In this document: one piece after another, positions 19,158-27,514 of the stretch
Layout of the letters: each line of letters opens with the position of its first letter
Position numbering within the stretch: position 1 is the first letter of the stretch
Source: Candidatus Cloacimonadota bacterium
GTDB taxonomy: Bacteria > Cloacimonadota > Cloacimonadia > Cloacimonadales > PWNZ01
Direction: 5' to 3'
Length of the DNA: 27,514 nt
Assembly (NCBI GenBank): GCA_003564135.1
Contig: PWNZ01000256.1
Span: 1 to 27,514 of the forward strand
Program-made: the position numbers and the translations under genes
Notes under the pieces: generated by a model
The model's database searches: none
What the model was told of the DNA's origin: nothing
The model's input: the letters and a program-made list of their open reading frames with translations, nothing else

Positions 19158-19892
19158 ATGGAATATAAAAAGATGGTAGATCAGGCTAAGATGTTGGCAT
19201 TGCCCAAACACATAGGAGTCATTATGGATGGTAACGGCAGGTGGGCAAGAAAGCATCATACAACCAGAATCAATGGACATAAACGGGGTGCCGAAGCTGT
19301 AAGAGAGATTGTGGAGGCAAGTGTCGAGGTGGGACTAGACTACCTGACTGTTTATGCCTTTTCTACCGAGAACTGGCGTCGTTCCAAGCAGGAAGTTCAC
19401 GGTCTTTTGAAGCTAATAATCAATACGTTGATGCAAGAAATTGATGAACTGGCAGCGAACAACATTGTAGTACGCTTTATTGGTAGTAAGAAAGGACTAT
19501 CTGATGATTACCACAAAAGGATAACCGAAAATTGCCAGAAAAGCTGGAAGAATAACGGCTTGAACCTTAATGTAGCCATGAACTATGGTGGGAAACAAGA
19601 GATTATTGAAGCGGTAAGTTCTATAGTGAAAGACGTTGAAACCGGGAAAATCTCAAGTGATGATATTGACCATGATATGCTCAGCGATTATCTCTACACC
19701 AAAAGTATTCCTGATCCCGATTTATTAATTAGGACCAGCGGTGAGTTTCGCTTATCTAACTTTTTGATATGGCAAGCTGCTTATGCAGAGCTATGGTTTA
19801 CTGAAACCTTGTGGCCTGATTTTAATCGTACAGAATTTCTACAAGCAATCCTGGACTATCAAAAGCGGCAGAGAAGATTTGGCGCAACCTAA
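19158..19892 (+). CDS. uppS: Undecaprenyl pyrophosphate synthase (cis-prenyltransferase)
   Basis: HIGVIMDGNGRWA and the conserved RTSGE.RLSNFLLWQ region. ATG 19158, with an in-frame GTG 19149 as alternative. Confidence 0.9.
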   Translation: MEYKKMVDQAKMLALPKHIGVIMDGNGRWARKHHTTRINGHKRGAEAVREIVEASVEVGLDYLTVYAFSTENWRRSKQEVHGLLKLIINTLMQEIDELAANNIVVRFIGSKKGLSDDYHKRITENCQKSWKNNGLNLNVAMNYGGKQEIIEAVSSIVKDVETGKISSDDIDHDMLSDYLYTKSIPDPDLLIRTSGEFRLSNFLIWQAAYAELWFTETLWPDFNRTEFLQAILDYQKRQRRFGAT

Positions 19893-19920
19893 AAATTCCA
19901 GTAGGGATGGAGAAAATTTG

Positions 19921-20721
19921 ATGAAAACTGTCATACAAAGAGTTCTAGTCGCCATGGTCTTTATACCATTGATAATATTGGTAATGCTAAACGGCGGCGC
20001 TCCACTTATATTGCTGCTTTCGCTTATTTCTTTGATAGCTACCCACGAGTTTTGTGCTATTCTAAGCAATAAATATACCCGTTTACCTCTGGTGATAGTA
20101 CCTCTCAATGTCGTCTACCTAGTCTTTTTTTCGCTGAGTGAGGGTAGCGCCGGCTGGATATTCCCATTTACTTTTTTGATATTTTCCGGCTATGAAATCT
20201 TTTCTAACCGTATCGACGGAGCTTTAAGCAAGTCTGCATTGGTTTTGCTTGCTGTGATCTATATTCCATATTTTCTGTCTTTTGCATACCAGGTTAGTAC
20301 TCTTAATGGAGGTAATTATCTTCTAATTTCGATTATTATAGCTATCTGGACAACTGACACATTCGCCTATTTTTTTGGGATGCTTTTAGGCAAACACAGA
20401 AACATATTTAGGGTTAGTCCCAAAAAGTCTCTAGAAGGATACTTTTTCGGCATTATTGGAGCGCTGCTGTCATCTTATTTGTTATATCGTATTTTTTCAG
20501 GGTCTTTTTCTTTCTTGCAAATGCTTTTAATAGCTATATCCGCCGGTATATTCGGACAATTCGGCGATCTTGTCGAGTCTATGATTAAAAGGGATGTCGG
20601 CGTTAAGGATAGTTCTAACATTATACCCGGACACGGTGGAGTTTTAGATCGGTTTGACAGCTTTTTAATCTCTGTTCCGATTTTTTATTTGCTTAACCTA
20701 CTGATGATCTGCTCCCGTTAA
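19921..20721 (+). CDS. cdsA: Phosphatidate cytidylyltransferase (CDP-diglyceride synthase)
   Basis: Polytopic membrane protein with the CdsA signature SMIKRDVGVKDSSNIIPGHGGVLDRFDS. Start chosen at ATG 19921 downstream of the uppS stop; the six-frame ORF extends upstream, overlapping uppS. Confidence 0.9.
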   Translation: MKTVIQRVLVAMVFIPLIILVMLNGGAPLILLLSLISLIATHEFCAILSNKYTRLPLVIVPLNVVYLVFFSLSEGSAGWIFPFTFLIFSGYEIFSNRIDGALSKSALVLLAVIYIPYFLSFAYQVSTLNGGNYLLISIIIAIWTTDTFAYFFGMLLGKHRNIFRVSPKKSLEGYFFGIIGALLSSYLLYRIFSGSFSFLQMLLIAISAGIFGQFGDLVESMIKRDVGVKDSSNIIPGHGGVLDRFDSFLISVPIFYLLNLLMICSR

Positions 20722-20869
20722 GCTTGACATGAATTTGTGTGGATCAGTATCCGGTAACCATGCTGAAACAAACTCAAACACCGATCAGAGCCAACAACCC
20801 ATCTTCATTGAGAGCCAAAGCTGAAAATGGACAGCGCCGGTTAAATTATGCTAAGCAGTTGAGGGTTAA

Positions 20870-22939
20870 ATGAACACCGCTAAAGTTATGACATTTTTTT
20901 GGTTGATTATCATGCAATTTGCCACGATTAATCTCTATAGTGATGAAGATCTGCCCTTAATAAATGAGTGGAACGTTTATCCTCTTGACACCATGTATTA
21001 TTGGCCCGACGATCTGTTCCCGGATATTATCAAAATTTACGATGATTATCCTCATCTCGTCGATTGGCACATTGTTGGTGAAAGTAGCACGCATAAGCTC
21101 CCTATCTATGCTTTTAGGCTAACTAATAAGCAAAACCAAACACCAAAACCTTCGCTGCTACTGCATGGACAACACCATTCAGAAGAACCGATTGGCGTAG
21201 AAATCGCCATGCAGATTGCCAGATATTTACTGGAGAATTATGAGACAGAGCCTTTTGCTAATAAGCTGCTGGATGAATTCGAGATCTGGATAGTTCCTAC
21301 ATCCAATCCTGAAGGGTTCAGGGTAGTTAACTCCGGCGAGAATCGACTGAAAAGAAAGAATGAAACCGACACCAATTTTAACGGTATCAGAGAATTACAT
21401 CTGGATGGAGTTGATTTGAACCGGAACTATGACTTCAACTGGCACAGTAGCGGCGGCAACGACCCGGAAAGCCCATACTTCAAGGGCTATGAGCCTGCCT
21501 GCCAGAGAGAAACCAGAGCAATGCAAACCTTTTATGCTCAACGAGGCTTTAACTTAGCCTTTTTCTATCATAGTTCGGCGACAGGAGCTTACTCCGAGCG
21601 GATTTTTTTCCCTTGGAGGTGGGGAGATGAGCTATCACCAGATTACCGGGAAATGCTCGAGTTAGCTAAGGTTTTAGCTTCCAAGCTGCCCAAAACATAT
21701 CAGGATGGTAATTATGAGGTTCATAGGTTGAATACCTCAAAAAGAAGTTTTGCCCGGGACTATATATATTCCCAACATAACACACTTGCCTGGTTGATAG
21801 AAATAGGTGGTAATTCACCTTTCGGAGAAGGGATAGTAAATCCGCCTAATCATGTCTTGCAAAAGCATATCGATATCCATATAGATGCCATGCTCAATCT
21901 TCTTCAGCACTACCGCAAGAACCTTTACAGCTTTCAAGTGCTGGATATTGATGATAAGCCGGTATCAGGGATAGAAGTGATAGTAGATGACAAAAAGAGC
22001 ACCTACAAAAATTACATCACTACCTGTGAAGAAGGTTATTTCTTCCATTATTTTCTGCCGGGGAATGACTTTAATACTGTGGAAATAGCTGGTATGGAAA
22101 CTTTCACTTTTAGTTTGCAAGATATTCCCAATAATCATATTCAGATTAAAATTGACCTCACCGAACAATGCTCTAAGGCTTATGTTGAATCGTTAAACGA
22201 AAATGAAGCTATCATACTAGCAAACCCGGTATTCCAATCTTTCGATCGTTTGGGTATTAATGCGTGGGGGAAAGGCACACTTACAAGAGATCGTTTGCAA
22301 GGGCAATTGGCTTATATTTCTCTTCTAAAAAATAACACTATCTCTTATCGCAGATCAACCGGTATAGAAGACGGCTCCATATCTATCCCTTGGCTCCCTG
22401 TTGACATTATCGATAAAGGGGTTCTTACTGTCCAAATAAATGACATATCACCGCTGACCGATGAGCTGAAAGCAGCAAATAAGATAGCTTTTCTTAGCGA
22501 TAAGCAAGAGGTTTTATCTTACTGTATAAAACCTACGCCTGTGAGCAGATACTATTTACATCCTGCTACTAAGGTCGGGATCGATTACTCCCTCTATCCC
22601 GCCGGAGATAATGATTACCAAATCCAAAAAATAAAAATCTCTGCAGAACCGGTTGATAACCAAGAGGAACTGGAGATTTCTTTATATGACGGAGCCGAAC
22701 CCCTGATGAAAACAACAGCGATTTATAACGAACAAGGACTCTATGAAGCCGAAATAAACAAGAAATTTCCCGACAATCTCTTCTTAGTTATTACCAACAA
22801 TGGCACCGGAACTGTGTCTATCCGGCGTGATACTGTTCAAGATGTTAACTCCCGGAGGACCGAGGTTTTCTTTTCATACTGGCAGGCTTTAGAAGGTCCC
22901 GATTTAGCAGTGGATATTCATTTGTTTAAAAAAGAATAG
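20870..22939 (+). CDS. Secreted M14-family zinc carboxypeptidase-like protein with a long C-terminal extension
   Basis: Signal peptide. HxxE zinc motif (HGQHHSEEPIG), the substrate-binding NRNYDFNW motif, a second His region (FFYHSSATG) and a Glu near WLIEIGG. About 350 aa of unknown domains follow. Confidence 0.7.
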   Translation: MNTAKVMTFFWLIIMQFATINLYSDEDLPLINEWNVYPLDTMYYWPDDLFPDIIKIYDDYPHLVDWHIVGESSTHKLPIYAFRLTNKQNQTPKPSLLLHGQHHSEEPIGVEIAMQIARYLLENYETEPFANKLLDEFEIWIVPTSNPEGFRVVNSGENRLKRKNETDTNFNGIRELHLDGVDLNRNYDFNWHSSGGNDPESPYFKGYEPACQRETRAMQTFYAQRGFNLAFFYHSSATGAYSERIFFPWRWGDELSPDYREMLELAKVLASKLPKTYQDGNYEVHRLNTSKRSFARDYIYSQHNTLAWLIEIGGNSPFGEGIVNPPNHVLQKHIDIHIDAMLNLLQHYRKNLYSFQVLDIDDKPVSGIEVIVDDKKSTYKNYITTCEEGYFFHYFLPGNDFNTVEIAGMETFTFSLQDIPNNHIQIKIDLTEQCSKAYVESLNENEAIILANPVFQSFDRLGINAWGKGTLTRDRLQGQLAYISLLKNNTISYRRSTGIEDGSISIPWLPVDIIDKGVLTVQINDISPLTDELKAANKIAFLSDKQEVLSYCIKPTPVSRYYLHPATKVGIDYSLYPAGDNDYQIQKIKISAEPVDNQEELEISLYDGAEPLMKTTAIYNEQGLYEAEINKKFPDNLFLVITNNGTGTVSIRRDTVQDVNSRRTEVFFSYWQALEGPDLAVDIHLFKKE

Positions 22940-22949
22940 CAAGGGTTAT

Positions 22950-24644
22950 ATGAAAAAGATAAATTCGCTTATATTCTACAACAAACAGCTATTTTTTCTG
23001 ATTACGGTGCTTCTAATTCAGACAGGGATAATGTTGGCTGAAGATTCTTATATCCATGTCAGTTTGCTTGCCGGCGAGACAAAAAATGAAACGGATATAC
23101 TGCATCTGACGGAGCGGAAGGATGTGGACAAGCTCTTTTCGGTTGAATCTTTTACCGAGCCTCATTTTAGATTCGCTTTCAATAGCCGGGCTGCCTTTAC
23201 AGATGCCTTGAAAACATTTCTAACAGAAACCGAAAAGCCCGGAAACTTAATAGATTATCAGGTAGTTGACAAAAAGATGTCCGGCAGGTTTAAATTTAAT
23301 ATAGGCGGCGGGGTTGACTATCACTCCAACTTAGACAACTCTTACCTTCATCCTTACCGCAGATTCTATGTTCAAGCTAATTTCCATAACCGGCTGTTGA
23401 TGTGGGCTGAATGGTGGGCCGGTAGATTTCAAGGTGATGAAGATGATCTTGACTTTGCTGAAGAGACTTCGCCTCTTATAAAAGGATGGTATAAGTCTCA
23501 TAGAAATGAGGGACAGGCCTACACTAACCTTAACAATATTACCGGACAGATAAGCTATCTGTTCGGGTTCGGTAATCTATCTGTCGGCAGAGGAAATCAT
23601 CTCATCGGAGATAATATTAGCGGAAGCATAATACTTAATGATCAAGCTAATGAATACGGGTATTTCAGCAGCGAGTTAGAGTTCGGCAAGCTAAAACTTT
23701 CTTTCTTGCATGCGAGTCTGATACCCAATGAAAGAGATCCGATATACTCCGATCCCTACTACGGAACTCATTTCGTCGATAAATTCTTGGCGCTACATCA
23801 GTTAGACTATCAACCATGGCCAAACCTGAACCTATATTTCGGCGAACAGGTAACCTATGCCAACAGAGGGATTGATGTCAACTATCTGCTGCCGCACACA
23901 TTCTACCGCATAACCGAACACAACCTGCATGACCGTGATAGTGTCAGGATATATGCGGGCGGCAGATGGCAGGCTTACAATATAGACCGGAATCCAATCT
24001 CTCTAACATTATACGGCAGCTTATTGCTCGATGAATTAAGAAAAAGTGAGATTTTCAGTGACTGGTGGGGCAACAAATATGCACTGCAAGGAGGTGTTTC
24101 CACTGAATATCTTCCCGGCTTTATTCACAATGAAAATAAACCAATCAGAACGACTGTCGAGCTGACAGCTGTCAGGCCTTGGACTTATACTCATAGAAAC
24201 TATAAGACAAACTTTTCGCATGATGGAATAGGCCTAGGCTATCCCGGAGGGAACAATATTATTCAGAGAACTTTTAGTGAAGAAAAAAAAGAATTTATTC
24301 AAGACCCTTCAAGCGGCAGCAACATCGTTCTGGGTGCTGCCGAACTAACCTTCCCGTTATTACCCTACCTGAAAATCAGTCAATACTTGTCATACAGCGA
24401 GCAGGGAAGCTTAGGAAATTGCTGGTCTCTGAACTATAATGACGACCGTAAAGACGAAGATGGGAATTTCTTAGAAACTGCCGAATGGCTGGAAGGAGAT
24501 GTTACCAAGCGGTTTTTCTCGAGATCGGTGCTGGATTTTTCACTATTAGCGCATCACAGTATCAAGTTGGGCTACCAAACAGAAACAGCGACAAATGAAG
24601 AGACAAAAAAGGAACTGATAATCAGCTACAGTTTTATGTTTTGA
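22950..24644 (+). CDS. Putative outer-membrane (beta-barrel-like) protein, function unknown
   Basis: N-terminal signal or TM segment, Gly/Tyr/Asn-rich alternating composition and a C-terminal aromatic residue (…YSFMF) typical of OM barrel C-termini. It resembles capsule-assembly or porin-like proteins, but I do not recognise the family. Confidence 0.4.
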   Translation: MKKINSLIFYNKQLFFLITVLLIQTGIMLAEDSYIHVSLLAGETKNETDILHLTERKDVDKLFSVESFTEPHFRFAFNSRAAFTDALKTFLTETEKPGNLIDYQVVDKKMSGRFKFNIGGGVDYHSNLDNSYLHPYRRFYVQANFHNRLLMWAEWWAGRFQGDEDDLDFAEETSPLIKGWYKSHRNEGQAYTNLNNITGQISYLFGFGNLSVGRGNHLIGDNISGSIILNDQANEYGYFSSELEFGKLKLSFLHASLIPNERDPIYSDPYYGTHFVDKFLALHQLDYQPWPNLNLYFGEQVTYANRGIDVNYLLPHTFYRITEHNLHDRDSVRIYAGGRWQAYNIDRNPISLTLYGSLLLDELRKSEIFSDWWGNKYALQGGVSTEYLPGFIHNENKPIRTTVELTAVRPWTYTHRNYKTNFSHDGIGLGYPGGNNIIQRTFSEEKKEFIQDPSSGSNIVLGAAELTFPLLPYLKISQYLSYSEQGSLGNCWSLNYNDDRKDEDGNFLETAEWLEGDVTKRFFSRSVLDFSLLAHHSIKLGYQTETATNEETKKELIISYSFMF

Positions 24645-24663
24645 TTGACGGCAAGCATCAATA

Positions 24664-25764
24664 ATGAGCTATCTTATATATCTTTATTCATTGGCACTAA
24701 TAGCAGCAACTATCGGGATTCTAGCTAACACTAAAAGTAAAAAAAACAAAGACCGGAACTATTCCATCGTAATTGTTGCCCGTAATGAGCAAGATTACCT
24801 ACCGTTTCTGCTGCAGTCGCTCAGTAAGTTAAAATACCCCGATGATATGTACGAGGTGATATTAGTCGATGATGGCTCACAGGACGATACTAACAGCATA
24901 ATGACTGCCGCTTCCGAAGCTTTTCATAACTATAAAGTCATAAAAATAGATAACAAACAGTTACCGGGGAAAAAACAAGGACTGCAAACCGGACTAGAAA
25001 CAGCCAAGCATGAAATTTTATTGTTAACAGATGCCGATTGTATCGTTTCACCGGATTGGTTGGAAAAGATTAATGAATATTGGAACGATGAAACTGCTAT
25101 GCTCATCGGTTTCGCTCCCGAGATTTCCTGGCCGCAATTAATATCCGGCTATTATGCTGATCAGCTTAAAGCCGCATCCTTAGAAAACCTTAAAAGTTAT
25201 ATAACCTATTCTTTTCGTCGTTTTGTAAGTTTAGTAGCGGCCGGCATATATGCTGCATCTGCCGGGCTTAAGATCCCCTTCAGCTGTGCAGGAAGAAACT
25301 TAGCCGTAAGAAGAGAATTGCTGCATCAATTAGGCGGTTATACATCATTTAATAGATATAAATCGGGAGATGACAAACAGGCACTCAATTTGATAAAAAA
25401 AAATAAAGGGGTAGTCCGGTACTGCCCGGCTGAAACTGTTAATACGTTGCCCGGACTCGGATCATTCCATCGGCAACAGAAAAGAAGGTTTGGTAAGATC
25501 AAGATTTCATCACCTTTCTTCGCCTTGGTGACAATTATGTTTATGCTGTTTTATCTATATCTGCCCTTCTATCTCATTTTCAACTTAGACTATACGGCAG
25601 CAATAATGGTTTTTGGTGCTGCTATTCTGATCTGGTCGGTTAACTTGTTAAAGCATCGTCAAAGACTACGGGCTGTCGAGATATTGTTTTTGCTCGTCTA
25701 TCCTTATTATTTCATCTATTTCACTTTAATAGGTTCTTTTCTTGCACACAAATGGAAGGATTAA
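24664..25764 (+). CDS. Family 2 glycosyltransferase with C-terminal transmembrane segments
   Basis: GT-A fold motifs (IVIVARNEQDYL, EVILVDDGSQD, the DxD-like TDADC) followed by 3-4 hydrophobic helices. Confidence 0.8.
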   Translation: MSYLIYLYSLALIAATIGILANTKSKKNKDRNYSIVIVARNEQDYLPFLLQSLSKLKYPDDMYEVILVDDGSQDDTNSIMTAASEAFHNYKVIKIDNKQLPGKKQGLQTGLETAKHEILLLTDADCIVSPDWLEKINEYWNDETAMLIGFAPEISWPQLISGYYADQLKAASLENLKSYITYSFRRFVSLVAAGIYAASAGLKIPFSCAGRNLAVRRELLHQLGGYTSFNRYKSGDDKQALNLIKKNKGVVRYCPAETVNTLPGLGSFHRQQKRRFGKIKISSPFFALVTIMFMLFYLYLPFYLIFNLDYTAAIMVFGAAILIWSVNLLKHRQRLRAVEILFLLVYPYYFIYFTLIGSFLAHKWKD

Positions 25765-25768
25765 AGGC

Positions 25769-26635
25769 ATGAAGAAAACGGTTTTCACAATTATAAAACT
25801 TAGTATAACCGCTATTATACTCTTCTTCATTTTCCGAAGGATAGACCTATCACAAACGATAAGGCTAATTACCGGTATCTCCGCAAAAACGATATTGCTG
25901 CTGCTGTTAACCGCTGTCCTCAAGCAGGTCACTCAGTTTGTTAACTGGAATTTCTGCCTGAGAATCAATGACGGTTATCGGCCGGAAGTGTCAGAAACTC
26001 TGAACAGTATGTTTATCGGCTCTGCTCTGAGGTTTTTGATTCCCGGTGGGCATGCTACCTATGGGAAAGTATATTATTTGAATTACAGCAAAATAGGGAC
26101 TGCTATTTCTATTACTATGGAAAAGTTTATGCTCACCTGGTCTGTGCTGTTGTTTGGAGCTATAGCGACAATGTTCTATTTCACTAGGTTCAGCCTGATT
26201 CTGCGAATAGTTATCCTGACAGTTGTTGCTATTATACCATTACTATTGAGCAAAGTGAGGTTTGTCTTCCCTAAATATTCAGGCTATTTTGACAACTGCC
26301 TCAATATCGTACCGGTTATGACCATTGTTCAAGCAGTCTACGTATCTCTGACAGTTTTGCAGTACTACATGATCATAAACAACTTTGTATGTCTCCCTTT
26401 CACTGCGGCCTTGTTAGCTGTACCACTCATCCTCACCGCCAACACCATACCGATAACATATTCCGGGTTGGGTATGCGTGAATCGTTTTCTATCTATATG
26501 CTTTCCAATTTTGGCATATCGCCCGAAATCGCAGTAACTGCTTCTCTACTCGTGTTCATGATCAATGCTGTCATACCGGCAATCATAGGAATAATACTGA
26601 TCCTGACATCCTCAATCGCTGCTAAAAAAAAATAG
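25769..26635 (+). CDS. UPF0104 / lysylphosphatidylglycerol-synthase-TM-region-like (flippase-like) integral membrane protein
   Basis: A polytopic membrane protein beginning MKKTVFTIIKLSITAIILFFIFRRIDL, typical of this family. ATG 25769 with an AAAGG RBS. The GT2 gene ends at 25764, so the two are adjacent and may be translationally coupled. Confidence 0.6.
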   Translation: MKKTVFTIIKLSITAIILFFIFRRIDLSQTIRLITGISAKTILLLLLTAVLKQVTQFVNWNFCLRINDGYRPEVSETLNSMFIGSALRFLIPGGHATYGKVYYLNYSKIGTAISITMEKFMLTWSVLLFGAIATMFYFTRFSLILRIVILTVVAIIPLLLSKVRFVFPKYSGYFDNCLNIVPVMTIVQAVYVSLTVLQYYMIINNFVCLPFTAALLAVPLILTANTIPITYSGLGMRESFSIYMLSNFGISPEIAVTASLLVFMINAVIPAIIGIILILTSSIAAKKK

Positions 26636-26703
26636 CTAACTGCTATGGTCGACTGCTTCTTAAGCTGAGTGCGAATATGTCTGATCACTGAATTCTTAAC
26701 CCG

Positions 26704-26726
26704 TGAACCGAGTTTACGAACTCGGT
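26704..26726. repeat. Hairpin (8-bp stem accgagtt/aactcggt, loop tacg) that is a solo remnant of the terminal-repeat junction
   Basis: 26704-26718 tgaaccgagtttacg is the exact reverse complement of 27484-27498 cgtaaactcggttca, which borders the right repeat array. Confidence 0.6.
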
Positions 26727-27273
26727 AAAGCCCAATCTTCTCTTCTATTACACTGGATTAGCCGGCTTCAATAGATATCAATACACCTTGAGCTGTATAA
26801 AAATTGCTACTATCCAGTCATCTACTATTACTTGTCTCACTTTATCGTCAATAATGCAGTAGTAGTTAAATCTGCCAAAGATTGCTATAAGTGTAACGGT
26901 AATCTGCATTTATGCGGCATATTCTTCCTCCTCATCTTGCCGGAAAAGAAAAGCCGCTAATTGCCGGATAAATCCAGATTGTCAGACAAATGCTTCAGCT
27001 TTTGCACAGGATTTGTACTTTTATTACAAGACTGAAGACAGCGTACCGGACAGCCGATTAACTAAGTCACTGACTAATAATGTGTTTGAGAAGAGAATCA
27101 GGATAGAGATCAGGTATAGTTAATTAATTATGAGGTCTGTAATCCTCAAGCATAATTATCTTGACGTTGTAGTGATCAGGTATAGTTAGTAGGACATTGG
27201 GATGGAGGATCATTTACAACGGGCTAAAGCCTATGCAAAAATTAAGGAACACGCTCTTCTAACCATTGAAGTA

Positions 27274-27325
27274 TCTTTCATATAACTAGTAGTCGTTTTA
27301 TCCCGACTACTAGTTATATGAAAGA
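27274..27325. repeat. Perfect 22-bp palindrome (tctttcatataactagtagtcg / cgactactagttatatgaaaga) with an 8-nt spacer
   Basis: Seen directly. There are no mismatches, no flanking T-tract, and it lies 10 bp inside the right terminal repeat. Confidence 0.85.
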
Positions 27326-27334
27326 GATAATTAG

Positions 27335-27490
27335 CACTTTATCAATAACATTGACTGCGTCGAACTCGTTTAATAAAGATTAGTGGCCGTACTCCGTCCG
27401 GCGAGCTCGTAAAAAAACTAGTGGCCGTACTCCGTCCGGCGAGCTCGTAAAAAAACTAGTGGCCGTACTCCGTCCGGCGAGCTCGTAAAC
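27335..27490. repeat. Right terminal repeat array: inner segment (27335-27380) plus three tandem 38-bp units (27381, 27419, 27457), each with core tagtggccgtactccgtccggcgagct and spacer cgtaaaaaaac. It is inverted relative to 1-112
   Basis: Exact 38-bp periodicity seen in sequence. It is the reverse complement of the left-end units with 2 mismatches per core. Confidence 0.85.
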
Positions 27491-27514
27491 TCGGTTCATA
27501 TTTTTTTTGGCAGA

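Noticed and set aside
27162-27195. Promoter-like TTGACG…TATAGT near 27162
   Set aside because: The spacer between the hexamers is about 14 bp, which is too short, and there is no downstream gene.
27202-27285. 27-aa ORF ahead of the 22-bp palindrome
   Set aside because: No convincing RBS, very short, and it ends inside the palindrome arm. It is probably non-coding.
1-27514. Whole TIR-bounded interval as a composite transposon or mobile element
   Set aside because: The cargo is entirely essential housekeeping genes (dnaE, dxs, ruvB, prfB, uppS, cdsA). No transposase, integrase or recombinase is present, and no target-site duplication is visible.

Overview
Low-GC (about 37-38% GC) bacterial chromosomal window of 27,514 bp. 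Nearly all genes lie on the + strand and standard code 11 applies; TAG, TAA and TGA all act as stops. The core is a housekeeping block: dnaE, dxs, mnmE, ruvB, an HtrA-like protease, trmB, a dGTPase-like HD protein, prfB with its conserved programmed +1 frameshift, uppS and cdsA. Accessory-looking content includes two tandem secreted GWxTD-domain paralogs and a family-1 encapsulin nanocompartment operon (ferritin-like cargo with a C-terminal targeting peptide, then the shell protein). The operon is followed by an ankyrin-repeat membrane protein broken by a single in-frame TAG, a small Cys4 zinc-ribbon ORF and an AhpD/CMD-like peroxidase-related protein. The 3' end carries an envelope cluster: secreted M14 carboxypeptidase, putative outer-membrane protein, GT2 glycosyltransferase and a UPF0104 flippase-like membrane protein. 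The most unusual non-genic signal is that both window ends carry imperfect inverted copies of the same repeat family. These are tandem 38-bp units with a 28-bp GC-rich core, 2 copies at the left and 3 at the right, plus about 35 bp of inner matching sequence, so the whole interval is bracketed by terminal inverted repeats of roughly 110-155 bp. Just inside the right repeat lie a perfect 22-bp palindrome and a solo remnant of the repeat junction. The long dxs upstream region carries a diverged tandem duplication of about 160-176 bp with embedded TTCAT-type microsatellites. I cannot run searches. Family calls rest on recognisable motifs in the supplied translations.
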